Shown: positions 10,556 to 21,230, counted from the first letter of the stretch. The stretch: DNA of 64,000 nt from an uncultured Nitrososphaeraceae archaeon (GCA_963729045.1 CAVSMN010000020.1:182080-246079), one strand, 5' to 3'. Numbers and translations: made by a program. The notes: generated from the sequence alone by a model not told the origin.

Positions 10556-11359
10556 TCAGCTAAGATTTTTACGAAATTGGCGCTCAATAATTGAATCAAT
10601 TATCGCAGGAAACCAACCTTTGAACGGTACGGATAATCCAGCTATCGGGGGTACAAAAATTTGAAAAGAATCGGATGTAAGCGAGTTTAATACCGCCTTG
10701 GAAACAGTTTCCGGATTTAACATATATTTCATCGGGGTTTTATTATTAAAATATTCATTATTAAAAAAATTAGTCTTTACACCTATTGGACTTATAACAG
10801 ATATCTTTACACTTGTTTTTCTTAATTCCCGACGTAAGGACTCAGAAAAACCCAACATGGCAAATTTTGATCCACAGTATGCGGCCATCCCAGGTATACC
10901 AAAACTGGCAGCTAAGGAGGCAATATTAATTATATGACCACTATTTCTCCTAATCATTGAATCAAGAAAAATTTTTGTAAAATAAATCATGCCAAAATAG
11001 TTAGTGAAACTGACTTTTTCGATTTCCTCAATGGATGTTTTTTCAACCGTCCCAAATATGCCAATCCCTGCATTATTGATTAAAACATCTACGTACCCAT
11101 ATCGTTCGAGGATCAGATCACCAATGCGCTTAACTTCTTCTTTTTTGGACACATCACAACTCAGCGGTAGTATTTCAAAGTCCCTTTCCTTCATCGATAT
11201 AACAGAATCATTCAGTCTATCAATATTTCTGGCAATTAGAATCAAGGATTTCAAACCAAATTGTGAAAAATCACTTGCAATGCATCTACCTATTCCGCTT
11301 GATGCACCAGTAATAAGGACTATCTTGTTATTTAGTAGGTCGGTTAAAATTTTCACCAT
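10556..11359 (-). CDS. Short-chain dehydrogenase/reductase
   Basis: TGASSGIG, NNAG and YCGSK motifs. Confidence 0.95.
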   Translation of the reverse strand: MVKILTDLLNNKIVLITGASSGIGRCIASDFSQFGLKSLILIARNIDRLNDSVISMKERDFEILPLSCDVSKKEEVKRIGDLILERYGYVDVLINNAGIGIFGTVEKTSIEEIEKVSFTNYFGMIYFTKIFLDSMIRRNSGHIINIASLAASFGIPGMAAYCGSKFAMLGFSESLRRELRKTSVKISVISPIGVKTNFFNNEYFNNKTPMKYMLNPETVSKAVLNSLTSDSFQIFVPPIAGLSVPFKGWFPAIIDSIIERQFRKNLS

Positions 11360-11392
11360 ATAAAAAAGAAATAATCATCATTTAAAATGCTA

Positions 11393-12454
11393 TCAATCAG
11401 CTCGACTATCAGGTGTAGTGGAAGAGGGTGAGGTAGGTTTTGAATAATTAGTTCCCAATGCTAACCTCATCAATGCAATCCACATTATTACTAAAGGCAA
11501 ATAGTAAGAAGCAATCCTCCATGCAATTATGACGTTTAATTGATCGATATCATTTACTATGTTACCAATTTGAGAAACGTTATTTAATTGATTGATATAT
11601 GCCCATAATCCCCACTCAGCTAAGCCTGAACCTCCTATTGTGATGGGAAGGGTACCCAAAATTGTAGAAGAAGCCGTAGCCATAAATGACAAGAATAGAC
11701 CTATGTAAATATCTACAGAATGTGTTAAAACTAGAAATGAAAGACCTTGGAAAATAAATGCGACCACTGTAATTGCAATGCCCACGGAAAATATTTTTAC
11801 AGATTTAAATGAACTAAAGTTTTCTCTGCTCATTATACACAAATCATCCAATGCTTTATTAACAGAATTGATCCCCCGCTGTGCTTTTTGTTCTGAAATA
11901 AATTTCTTCGCCAATTTTAAAGAAAATGAAGGTAATCGGATATTTTTTTTTGCTGAATATATCAAGATAAAAAACCAAAATCCAAATGTAGGAGCAGCAA
12001 TCGCAATAATTAACAGACCAATAAACATGGAGCCGTTAGCTATTGCAACAAATCCAGCGATAAAAGCTAAGATTGTACCAACAAATACATCGGCAATAAT
12101 TTCCATGGTAGTAACCCATGCTGCTCGTCCCGCTGGTACACCACTCTTGGTTAAAAAAGCAATTCGAACTAGTTCACCTCCAATATAAGAAGGAGTAGTT
12201 TGAGTTACAAATTCTCCAGCTAACCTGGCAAAAATAATTTTCCAAAATGTACTGACATTCTTTCCAATAAATTTTCGAACAAAGTAATAAAACCTAATTG
12301 CTTGAAGAAAAATTCTTATCATTGTTGCAAGAAAAGAAAGCAAAAAAGGGATAACACCTACAGATAAAACATCATTTAGCGAAACAGGAGTAAATAGAAA
12401 AATAAGCATTATAGGGATAACACTTACAAGAATGAAAATTATTCGCCAATTCAA
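11393..12454 (-). CDS. Flippase-like membrane protein (lysylphosphatidylglycerol synthase TM/UPF0104 family)
   Basis: Multi-TM; TPSYIGGE, PITIGGSGLAE and WRIASY motifs. Confidence 0.85.
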   Translation of the reverse strand: MNWRIIFILVSVIPIMLIFLFTPVSLNDVLSVGVIPFLLSFLATMIRIFLQAIRFYYFVRKFIGKNVSTFWKIIFARLAGEFVTQTTPSYIGGELVRIAFLTKSGVPAGRAAWVTTMEIIADVFVGTILAFIAGFVAIANGSMFIGLLIIAIAAPTFGFWFFILIYSAKKNIRLPSFSLKLAKKFISEQKAQRGINSVNKALDDLCIMSRENFSSFKSVKIFSVGIAITVVAFIFQGLSFLVLTHSVDIYIGLFLSFMATASSTILGTLPITIGGSGLAEWGLWAYINQLNNVSQIGNIVNDIDQLNVIIAWRIASYYLPLVIMWIALMRLALGTNYSKPTSPSSTTPDSRAD

Positions 12455-12539
12455 GGTATATCAACTAGTTCAAAAGAAGGAATATAATAATCATACAAAT
12501 ATAACAATAAAATTAGAATAGCAATTAAAAATTTTTGAA

Positions 12540-13304
12540 ATGCATACTATATTCGTGACTGGTACGGCCGGTTCAGGGAAAACACTATTGACTTCGAGAT
12601 TGTTGGAATGGTACCACAACAATGATGTCTCACCAATTTCAATTAATTTGGATCCAGGAGTATCTAGTTTACCGTATGATCCAGATATAGATGTGAGAGA
12701 GTTTATTGATTTTTATTCGATAATGGATGATTACAAATTAGGACCAAATGGGTCATTGATACTGGCTAATGACTTGATATCGACAAAAATAGATGAAATC
12801 CAAACTCAGGTTCAGGAACTTAATCCCGATTATGTAATAATCGATACTCCCGGACAAATAGAACTGTTTGCTTTCAGGTCTAGTGGTCCTTACTTTGTTT
12901 CAAATTTTTATTCAGATTCTAAAGTAACACTATTTACCATAGATGGTACATTAGCAATGTCTCCAATTAGTTTTGTTTCTTTGATGTTTTTGTCACAATC
13001 AGTCAGATTACGTCTAAACATTCCACAGATTAACGTCCTAACGAAACGAGATAAAATAATTGAGAAGTTGACAGAAATTTTGAATTGGTCCAACTCCATT
13101 ACCTCACTTCAAGACTCCCTAAATCTAGAAAAAGATTCAGAACAATCTTTATTGGGTAAGGACATTATAAAAACACTTTATAAAAGTGGAAATATGTTGA
13201 GCCCCATTGCAGTATCTAACTTAACTATGAATGGAATGATAAATTTAACTGCAGCATTATCAAGGATATTAACACAAGGTGAGGAGGAGCAGAAACACGA
13301 ATGA
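12540..13304 (+). CDS. GPN-loop GTPase
   Basis: GTAGSGKT, NLDPG, LGPNG and DTPGQIE motifs. Confidence 0.95.
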   Translation: MHTIFVTGTAGSGKTLLTSRLLEWYHNNDVSPISINLDPGVSSLPYDPDIDVREFIDFYSIMDDYKLGPNGSLILANDLISTKIDEIQTQVQELNPDYVIIDTPGQIELFAFRSSGPYFVSNFYSDSKVTLFTIDGTLAMSPISFVSLMFLSQSVRLRLNIPQINVLTKRDKIIEKLTEILNWSNSITSLQDSLNLEKDSEQSLLGKDIIKTLYKSGNMLSPIAVSNLTMNGMINLTAALSRILTQGEEEQKHE

Positions 13305-14293
13305 AAAAAGAAAGGTATGAAATTGTAGCTGAATATCTAGAATGCACTGCTACTGCATCTGCGTCAACTGCAAATTTGGGTCCCGGATATGATGTATTTG
13401 GGTTAGGCCTGGATGTACTACAGGATACAGTATCCATCAAAATAGAGAGAAAAACAATAGCAAACAAAAACAATGTAAAAATAATAATGAAGGGTGATAT
13501 GGGCAAGAGTATTCCAAATGATCTTGACTCCAATTCTGCAGGCAAGGTAGCAAAAAAAATTATATCAGATTATGATTTATATAATTACAACTGTTTAATA
13601 GAAATTAGAAAAAACATTCCACCAGGGTATGGGATGGGAAGTAGTGGCGCATCAGCAGTAGCAACTGCAGTTTCACTAAATGCATTATTTGGCCTGAATA
13701 TTGAGGATACCAAATTACTAGATTATTCCGCCGAAGGCGAACTCGCAAGTGCGGGTGTAAAGCACTTCGATAATGTCGCAGGCTCGTTTTTTGGAAATTT
13801 TGTAATCGTTAAGACTAATCCAAAATTAGAATTTATCAGGATAGAATCGCCAAATAATCTATCTATGGTTATATGCGTACCACTTATTCAAGTTCCTAAA
13901 ATGAAGACAGAGTTTTCAAGAAAAGTTATTCCTCAACAAGTACCTTTGGAAAAAATGGTTCATAATGTAGCTAATGCATGTTCCGTAGTTGCAGGCTTTT
14001 ATCGCAAGGATGTAGAAATGATTTGTAATGGTATAAATGATTGTATCATAGAACCCGCCAGAAAGAAATTGATCCCAGGATATGAAAAAATAAAAGAAAG
14101 ATCCTTAGAAGAGGGAGCAATGGCTTTTACCATTAGTGGAGCCGGTCCTTCTACGGTAGCTTTTTTAGATTCAAACAAAAAGGGGCTGCGCATATCAGAA
14201 GTCATGGAAGAGGAATATGATAAAATAAATATCAAATGTAAAACATTTATATCTAAATCCGGTAATGGATCAAGAATAATTTCGTTGAAATGA
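13301..14293 (+). CDS. thrB: Homoserine kinase
   Basis: STANLGPGYD, PPGYGMGSSGAS, HFDNVA and SGAGPS motifs. Confidence 0.95.
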   Translation: MKKERYEIVAEYLECTATASASTANLGPGYDVFGLGLDVLQDTVSIKIERKTIANKNNVKIIMKGDMGKSIPNDLDSNSAGKVAKKIISDYDLYNYNCLIEIRKNIPPGYGMGSSGASAVATAVSLNALFGLNIEDTKLLDYSAEGELASAGVKHFDNVAGSFFGNFVIVKTNPKLEFIRIESPNNLSMVICVPLIQVPKMKTEFSRKVIPQQVPLEKMVHNVANACSVVAGFYRKDVEMICNGINDCIIEPARKKLIPGYEKIKERSLEEGAMAFTISGAGPSTVAFLDSNKKGLRISEVMEEEYDKINIKCKTFISKSGNGSRIISLK

Positions 14294-14319
14294 AAATCCG
14301 TGCTTTGAAGAAAAATAGA

Positions 14320-15186
14320 TCATTTTTTAGTATTTTTATTGAGGAATGCACTCATCATTTTCTGTCTATCTTCATGAGCAAAACACAAAGCCCAGCCATA
14401 AATTTCCAGCCTCAAACCAGTATCAATATCCGCATCCATACCTTTATTAATTAGCATTTTACTGATTTTTACAGCATTAAAGCTATTTTTAGTGATTTCG
14501 CTAGCAAAAGTAATACAATGTTCCAAAAGTTTTTTATTTAGTAATTTTGAGAGTGCAATACTTTTCTCCTTTTCATTATTTTGATCGATAGATGGATCTA
14601 AATTACGCTTTTCCTCATCTGATAAAGTAATAACTTGGTTAACTAACCCAATAGTGGCAGCTTCTTGTGCGGCAATCATTTTCCCGGTAAAAATCATTTC
14701 TTTAGCTTTTGCGGGTCCAATTACCCTAAGTAGTCGCTGAGTACCACCCCATCCAGGAGGAATACCAATAGTTACTTCTGGTTGACCAATCTTTGCATTT
14801 TCAGATGCGATCCTTATATCACAAACTAAAGATAGTTCACATCCACCACCAAGTGCAAAACCATTTATTGCAGCAATTACAGGTTTCTCCATCTTTTCAA
14901 TTTTATTTAGCACGGATTGCGCAGATGAGGCATATTTTTCAGCAGTTATGGCGTCAATATTTACCATGTATGAAATGTCAGCACCAGCACAGAAAGAGCG
15001 TTCTCCTGCCCCGGTAATTATTAGTACTTTGATTCCCTCATCTGCGGAAATTATGTCAATTGCTCTGGCCAGTTCGAATATTACATCAAGATTCATCGCA
15101 TTCAAAGCTTCAGGTCTATTTATCCTCAATATTGCAATTTCATTAAGTAAATCTATTTGAATATATTTCATGGAAGACATAAACAA
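14320..15186 (-). CDS. Enoyl-CoA hydratase, probably the 3-hydroxypropionyl-CoA dehydratase/crotonyl-CoA hydratase of the 3HP/4HB cycle
   Basis: FCAGADI, GFALGGGCE and PEVTIGIPPGWGG motifs; pathway role inferred from the AOA context. Confidence 0.85.
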   Translation of the reverse strand: MFMSSMKYIQIDLLNEIAILRINRPEALNAMNLDVIFELARAIDIISADEGIKVLIITGAGERSFCAGADISYMVNIDAITAEKYASSAQSVLNKIEKMEKPVIAAINGFALGGGCELSLVCDIRIASENAKIGQPEVTIGIPPGWGGTQRLLRVIGPAKAKEMIFTGKMIAAQEAATIGLVNQVITLSDEEKRNLDPSIDQNNEKEKSIALSKLLNKKLLEHCITFASEITKNSFNAVKISKMLINKGMDADIDTGLRLEIYGWALCFAHEDRQKMMSAFLNKNTKK

Positions 15187-15222
15187 ACTTCAATGGTTCT
15201 TTAAAATAAATCTTATCAAATT

Positions 15223-15804
15223 TCATTCAATGAAATCTATATCATTGTTTTTATCATCATCTTTTTGCAAAAATTCTCTTCTCGCATTGTTCATGAGTTT
15301 AAACAAAGATTCTAGCGATTTGATATCAACATTGGGACTATTTGGATTTTTCATCTCTCGAAGTTGTTTAGTAAATTTTTTGGCAATATCATATAAATTA
15401 ATTTTTTCGGCTAGATTAATGAATTCTTCTTTTTCGAAAGGTTTTGGAAGAACTTCAGGTACACTTTTTAGAGTAGAAACGTATTCGACGAATGCTTTTT
15501 TGGGCCAGGCGGATGCGAACATTATTCGTTGATCGCCTTTTAATTCCAAAATTTCTTTTGCAATGTGTAAGCCATTTTGGTTGGAAGACATATCTTTTGA
15601 TGGTAAATCGTAATCAAGGACAACTAAATCGAAAATAGTATTATCAGATTCATAATCTTCGTCACCTTGTTGAATCGACTTTTCGTATGCGGATATCCCA
15701 TCTTCATAGTTTTTTGCAATAATGTATTCATGTCGGTTTTCTTCTAACCATATAGAATACAATTGACAAATATCATCATCATCCTCAATGATTAGAACAT
15801 TCAT
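15223..15804 (-). CDS. Response regulator (receiver domain plus short C-terminal helical region)
   Basis: LIIEDD, LVVLDYDLP (phosphoacceptor Asp), SA and KPF motifs. Confidence 0.9.
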   Translation of the reverse strand: MNVLIIEDDDDICQLYSIWLEENRHEYIIAKNYEDGISAYEKSIQQGDEDYESDNTIFDLVVLDYDLPSKDMSSNQNGLHIAKEILELKGDQRIMFASAWPKKAFVEYVSTLKSVPEVLPKPFEKEEFINLAEKINLYDIAKKFTKQLREMKNPNSPNVDIKSLESLFKLMNNARREFLQKDDDKNNDIDFIE

Positions 15805-15861
15805 GTTAACCCAGTTAAAGCAAACGAATAATAAAATTTTACTATGATGTGATTAATATTT

Positions 15862-17394
15862 TTAATTCACGTGCTCATTTCGTAGAATTTTTACAATTGC
15901 ATTGAGAGAAAGCGGTTTATAAATAAAGTGATCATACATCATATTATTATTCAAAAATTCCATAGCTTCCTTATTTATTTTATTAGAGGACATAAAATAA
16001 CCCTTAATTTTCTTATCTCTTTTTTTTAGATCATCATATAGGTCAAAGCCGTCTAGCCCTTTGACATTAATACCTAAGAAAACCAGTGAATATTTTCCTG
16101 GAACAAATTTTTCTATCGCATTATAAGGATCTTCAAAATAATCAATATCGTATCCCAAACTTACGATTGATTCTTTGACCGTTTCCAGGTTTTCTGAAAA
16201 ATCGTCAATAATTAAGAGTTTAAGACCATCGGTAGATTTATTGTCGTCAGCTTGACTAAGCACATTTGTCCCTTTCAGTGGGATTTTAATAAGAAATTTC
16301 GCTCCGATGTCGTCTATCCTATTTCCAACAACAACATTCCCCCCATGGATTTCCACAATCTTTTTTGAAATGAACAATCCAAGTCCGGCCCCTCCAGAAT
16401 TTGGATAGAATTTAGTAAAGATTCTTTCTGGATCATCGTCTGGAATACCAGGTCCTTCATCTTCTATTAATACATTAGCATAGAAATCATCATCATCCTC
16501 AAAGACACTGATAATAATCTTATTCCCTTCATTCTTTTTTGTAAAAAAATAAGAATTATTTAGAATGTTTTCAAATGCTTGTTTAATGTATTCCTTATCA
16601 GCCTCTATAAACACATTAGGACGTCCTTGAAAAAGTATCCGAATGCCTGAAGAGTCTTTGTTTGAAAATTGATTATAATCTCTAGCAATAATCTCCAAAA
16701 GTTCGCATAGATCAAAAATTTCGAAATCTAATTTCAGCGGATTTGCTTCAATTTTAGAAATATCCAAAATATCATTTGCAATATTTTTCAGTTTTTCAGC
16801 ATTCTTTATAATAATATTGAGATAATCCAACATATCAGGATCTTCAATTTTTGATTTTAATGTTTTAGAAAATCCTATGATGGGTAATATAGGATTTCTT
16901 AATTGATGGGAAGCAATATCAACAAAATCCTGTTGAAAAATATTACGTTTTTCGAGGATGATATTTTTATCAATAGTGCTCCAGATATTGACAAAAAGGG
17001 TATAGAAAAAAGTAACAATATCACCAGTAAGCGAATCGGATAACTTACAGGTAAACATTCGCTTATCAGTGTTGTAATCTATTTTAAAAAAAGCAACTTG
17101 ATTTTGATTAATAATAATTGTAATCATGTGTTCGGTGGGTTCAGTCGATATTAAGATATTTTTTACTTGTACATTCTTGAAAGGCTTGAAAAAATCCACT
17201 ATCGAATCATATTGATCGTTGTCCATACATGAAATCAACAGTCGTATGACAGGTGAATTCGCATCACCTTTTGCTTTTAAAAAATCGTAGAATGAATTCT
17301 TTTTTAAAAAAAGAAATGAATAATAAGAATTTAAAAAAATATCAACATGTTGTTGACCAGACCCTTCGAATACCTTATCTAAGTTGAAATCCAA
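15862..17394 (-). CDS. Hybrid sensor histidine kinase with degenerate C-terminal receiver
   Basis: H box SHQLRNP, N box ENILNNS, DEGPGI and GLGL; receiver has LVFLGINV in place of the Asp. Confidence 0.9.
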   Translation of the reverse strand: MDFNLDKVFEGSGQQHVDIFLNSYYSFLFLKKNSFYDFLKAKGDANSPVIRLLISCMDNDQYDSIVDFFKPFKNVQVKNILISTEPTEHMITIIINQNQVAFFKIDYNTDKRMFTCKLSDSLTGDIVTFFYTLFVNIWSTIDKNIILEKRNIFQQDFVDIASHQLRNPILPIIGFSKTLKSKIEDPDMLDYLNIIIKNAEKLKNIANDILDISKIEANPLKLDFEIFDLCELLEIIARDYNQFSNKDSSGIRILFQGRPNVFIEADKEYIKQAFENILNNSYFFTKKNEGNKIIISVFEDDDDFYANVLIEDEGPGIPDDDPERIFTKFYPNSGGAGLGLFISKKIVEIHGGNVVVGNRIDDIGAKFLIKIPLKGTNVLSQADDNKSTDGLKLLIIDDFSENLETVKESIVSLGYDIDYFEDPYNAIEKFVPGKYSLVFLGINVKGLDGFDLYDDLKKRDKKIKGYFMSSNKINKEAMEFLNNNMMYDHFIYKPLSLNAIVKILRNEHVN

Positions 17395-17416
17395 TGTATT
17401 TTGAGGTTATTTTTGT

Positions 17417-17839
17417 CTACTTTATTATTTTCTTTTTTGTGTCAAAAACATCATCCAACATTACTTCTAGATCATCTTCAAACTTCTTCAATATTCTTCT
17501 TAAACTCTGTTCTAATTCCTTTACACGTTTTTCCGTTTCGAGTTTAAATATTTCTCTAGAGATGGCAGAATATACATGGAAATGTCCTCCTTCTTTCAAA
17601 GTTCTGCTTTCTTTTACACATATTCCCAATCCTGTTAACTTTTGTAAAGATCTAAATACCGTACTCTTGTCACGATTTACAGCTTTAGACAAATCTTCTA
17701 AAGTCATTTGTTTATTATTATGTGCTATTAAGGTAAGCAATAAATCCATATCTAGTGGTGACAAATCATAGATATAAATAAAAAGATCCTTTAAGGTTGC
17801 ACTCATACGAGTAATTGCATTAATTGATGACGACGGCAT
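17417..17839 (-). CDS. Winged-helix transcriptional regulator (TrmB/MarR-like)
   Basis: TLEDLSKAVNRDKSTVFRSLQKL HTH followed by GGHFHVY. Confidence 0.85.
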   Translation of the reverse strand: MPSSSINAITRMSATLKDLFIYIYDLSPLDMDLLLTLIAHNNKQMTLEDLSKAVNRDKSTVFRSLQKLTGLGICVKESRTLKEGGHFHVYSAISREIFKLETEKRVKELEQSLRRILKKFEDDLEVMLDDVFDTKKKIIK

Positions 17840-17987
17840 TTTACATATATTACTACACTTTCAAGCTATTTAAAATTATCTACAAAAACATCTATAAGAA
17901 TCAATTTAAAGTTGCGAAACGGAAGATCTAAAAATCTAAAAAAATTATTAAATATAAAAAATTAACTTTTCAAATGAAGATTGGTTT

Positions 17988-19697
17988 TTATGCACCGGCC
18001 ATTCCATTTCGGAGCTCAACTCCTCGGTGTTCCTCATTTGATTCTGCTTCTGCAGCTGCTTTATGCATCTCAGACATTGCACATCCCATTTGAGCCTCTG
18101 GTTTGCCCTTTCTCATTATACCACGATACAACCCGGCTTCTAATGTCTGTCCGTGCTCTTTTTCCCAATCTTCAACTGGTACACTGTATTTCTTCTGTAT
18201 CCTATCTCGGTACCATTCAGGTATTACATTAAATGCACAGAATGGTACTATACGCAAATCAGGAGTCAAATAGTGAATGTCACATCTCTGTAATCTTTCT
18301 AGATCCTCATTATACTTATCTTGGAAATGCATCATTCCTAAGAATAATGATCTTACATGCCATGAACCTACAGAATCAAAATTCTGTTTGAGAAGAATAC
18401 TTGAAAACATTCGTCCCAAATCAAGTCCGTAGGGTTGTTTACTGCGATCTACAAACTGGTTAAGCTTTCGTATCACTTCCAACATAGTCCAATACCTATT
18501 CGATCCTGATTTAATCTCTTCAGTTTTTTCTTCGAAATACTCCAAGAGACCTTTTATGTCAACAAAGGAGGTTAAAGGTGTCAGTTTCTTTGTTTGAACA
18601 TCTTCAAAAACGTATGTTCCAGCACCACATGCAAAGTGGATGGATAATTCATACTTTGGTTTCTTGCTAAATGCCTCTATCACATTTGTTAAAGGCATAC
18701 ATGATGGAACTGGAAACCAGCCATCTTTTGATATTTCACCGTTAGTTTGTTCTTCAATTCGTTCAATGCAATCAGGTATTGTAATTCTATACTTTTCTCG
18801 TTCTTTTTTACTCATTCTACCGGTCAGTGAAACAGGCTGGAAATTTACAGCATGTACTACATCCATATTTTTTTGAGCAAATCGTATTATGCCACCTAAC
18901 TCATGATCATTAATAGATTTTATTACAGTTGGAACAAAAACAACAGTCATTCCACATTTCCTTGCTGATTCTAGTGTGTATGGAACTTCCCAGTGGTTTT
19001 TGGGGTTTGTTCTAGCCGTCACTCCATCGAATGACAAATAGAGATTACTAACACCTGACATTCTAATTTGTCTCATTGTTTCTGGTGAAAGTGCCAGTTT
19101 AATGCCATTAGTGTTGAGTTGTACATGATCTACACCCTCTTCTTTCATTATTTTGATTAGTTCTGTTATGTCGTCTCTTAACATTGGCTCACCACCTGTA
19201 ATTTGAATAGAATTGCCTGCTATAGGCTTCTCAGCCTTTAAGGTTTTCATCATCGCACGTACTTGTTCATGTGAAGGTTCGTACAGATAAGCACCCTCTA
19301 ATCCCTTTTTAACATAAAAGAAGCAATACCAGCAGGTAAGATCACACCTGTTAGTGACTATAATATTTGCTAACCCAGAATGTGAAAGATGGTTAGTACA
19401 TAAACCACAATTAGTAGGACAGGCGCATTTATCAACCATCACATTTGGAGCTTGTGCACCTTTTCCATCCATCCAATAGGTACTGAATTTCTTGTACATT
19501 TCATATGAGCCAAAGTATAATTCCTCACATTCACCATGGCTAGGACAAGTTTTTGTCATGAAAACTTTGCCTTCTCTTTCAAAGACCTCAGCGTCTAGAA
19601 TCATATTGCAATCTGGGCAGATACTTTGAGTATACCTAATGGTGCGTTTAGAACCAATAGTTTTACTAGTTAAATTGGAAATTTGTATTAGATCCAT
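17988..19697 (-). CDS. tes: Tetraether lipid synthase Tes (radical SAM)
   Basis: N-terminal CPDC...CPSHG rubredoxin-like site, CPTNCGLC, CDLTCWYC SAM motif, GGEP, C-terminal RCDIHY..PFC. Confidence 0.88.
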   Translation of the reverse strand: MDLIQISNLTSKTIGSKRTIRYTQSICPDCNMILDAEVFEREGKVFMTKTCPSHGECEELYFGSYEMYKKFSTYWMDGKGAQAPNVMVDKCACPTNCGLCTNHLSHSGLANIIVTNRCDLTCWYCFFYVKKGLEGAYLYEPSHEQVRAMMKTLKAEKPIAGNSIQITGGEPMLRDDITELIKIMKEEGVDHVQLNTNGIKLALSPETMRQIRMSGVSNLYLSFDGVTARTNPKNHWEVPYTLESARKCGMTVVFVPTVIKSINDHELGGIIRFAQKNMDVVHAVNFQPVSLTGRMSKKEREKYRITIPDCIERIEEQTNGEISKDGWFPVPSCMPLTNVIEAFSKKPKYELSIHFACGAGTYVFEDVQTKKLTPLTSFVDIKGLLEYFEEKTEEIKSGSNRYWTMLEVIRKLNQFVDRSKQPYGLDLGRMFSSILLKQNFDSVGSWHVRSLFLGMMHFQDKYNEDLERLQRCDIHYLTPDLRIVPFCAFNVIPEWYRDRIQKKYSVPVEDWEKEHGQTLEAGLYRGIMRKGKPEAQMGCAMSEMHKAAAEAESNEEHRGVELRNGMAGA

Positions 19698-19828
19698 AAT
19701 GTTGACCTTTAATACTGCACTTGATTAACTTTATAAAGATGATCTGACAAATCCTACGGTGTTTAGTTAGTAAAGTACAGTATAGATGAAAGATTTAATA
19801 TCCAAGTTTCAACTAGTCACATAAAACT

Positions 19829-20602
19829 ATGGAAATTAGCGACAAGGCCAAGAAATCTATGGAAAGCCTTGGATTAACAAATTACGAAATTCGAGTATAT
19901 ACTTCGTTGTTGTTTGCCAGTTCAAATACGGCATCAGAAATCAGTAAGAAATCAGGAGTACCATATTCAAAAATCTATGATGTTCTAAATAGTCTGTATG
20001 TAAGAGGATGGATATATTCGGATAACCAAAGGCCACAGAATTTTTTTCCTAAATCACCATCAAATGCAGTGGAAGCCATGATGATAGAAATGGAGAACAA
20101 TTTAAGGAGTAATAAAAATGTCATTATCAATGAATTAATGCCGATCTACGAAAAAACTGGACTAAAAGAGAAACCAGATATCTGGGTGGTAAGTGGATTA
20201 TACAACATAGCAATAAAAGTTACTGAAATAATCCAATCGACAAAGGAAGAACTTTTAATAGCCATCCCCAAAATTCCAGAGAATGTCGTAAAATCGATCC
20301 AACCAGTACTTCGAGAACTCTTCGAAAAAGGAGTAAAAATTATTATTTTGGCGTCCGATGAAACTAATAGTGAAACCGTAAAAGCAATGTCTAGAGTAGC
20401 TGAAGTGAGGCTCAAGAATGATATGTTTGGTGGCGGAGTCATAGGAGATTCCAGACATGTATTAATTCTACTTGGAGAAGGAAAAAATGATCCAACGACA
20501 ACCTCCAGCTATGACACTATAGCCATATGGGCAGAGCATACAGGATTGGCCAGTTTTGCTAAAGACTATTTTCATTATTTGTGGCAAGATGCAAAAGGAT
20601 AG
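19829..20602 (+). CDS. TrmB family transcriptional regulator
   Basis: LGLTNYEIRVY...SGVPYSKIYDVL HTH plus C-terminal effector domain. Confidence 0.92.
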   Translation: MEISDKAKKSMESLGLTNYEIRVYTSLLFASSNTASEISKKSGVPYSKIYDVLNSLYVRGWIYSDNQRPQNFFPKSPSNAVEAMMIEMENNLRSNKNVIINELMPIYEKTGLKEKPDIWVVSGLYNIAIKVTEIIQSTKEELLIAIPKIPENVVKSIQPVLRELFEKGVKIIILASDETNSETVKAMSRVAEVRLKNDMFGGGVIGDSRHVLILLGEGKNDPTTTSSYDTIAIWAEHTGLASFAKDYFHYLWQDAKG

Positions 20603-20646
20603 GTTGGACAGCTAAAGCCTTATAACAGAATAGTTTAGAAATAGTA

Positions 20647-20714
20647 AGGACAAACAATGATGTGAAAAGCCCTACTGAGTAGATGAAGTAGATCTTGAGT
20701 AAAGAGTTTGTCCT
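20647..20714 (+). ncRNA. Putative C/D-box methylation guide sRNA
   Basis: 9-bp terminal stem AGGACAAAC/GTTTGTCCT enclosing C (ATGATGT), 11-nt guide, D' (CTGA), C' (ATGAAG), guide TAGATCTTGAGT and variant D (AAGA). Confidence 0.65.
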
Positions 20715-20808
20715 ATTTAATTTGTGATTGTTTGTAAAAATTTGAATTTAGATTTAGATTTCAAATACATATATTCATTGTATTAATAACACATAGTGTA
20801 GAGTAGTA

Positions 20809-21216
20809 GTGGTTCACATAGAAACTACGTCATCATTGGAAAGTTTTAGAAAATTTATGATTTTCAGCACTTGTAAATCATTCATTCCTAGTAATTATAA
20901 TAGAGATCCAGACATGTTTCCCGAAAGAGATACCGGACCAGGCGATATTTATATTGAAGCAGTAGATAAACTCATGGTAAAAAAATTAAGAGAAATTACA
21001 TTTGTAAATGCAAAAGAAATATTTGGAATAATCTATTCATCGAAAACTGGAAATATCATTTTGAAATGGAGACAGTTAAAGAACAAGAATGGAAAAGTTA
21101 TAGGCGAAGCATCACCTGGCGGATTAGCCAATTTGGTGGAATCAGGAGTTTTAACCAAACACTGGTTTGAACACTATTTGAAGTCTCAAAAACAAGATGA
21201 AGAATTGGTTAAATAG
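20809..21216 (+). CDS. Hypothetical protein upstream of pelota
   Basis: 135-aa ORF, GTG start, ends 14 bp before pelota. Confidence 0.75.
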   Translation: MVHIETTSSLESFRKFMIFSTCKSFIPSNYNRDPDMFPERDTGPGDIYIEAVDKLMVKKLREITFVNAKEIFGIIYSSKTGNIILKWRQLKNKNGKVIGEASPGGLANLVESGVLTKHWFEHYLKSQKQDEELVK

Positions 21217-21230
21217 GATACAAATAAAAA

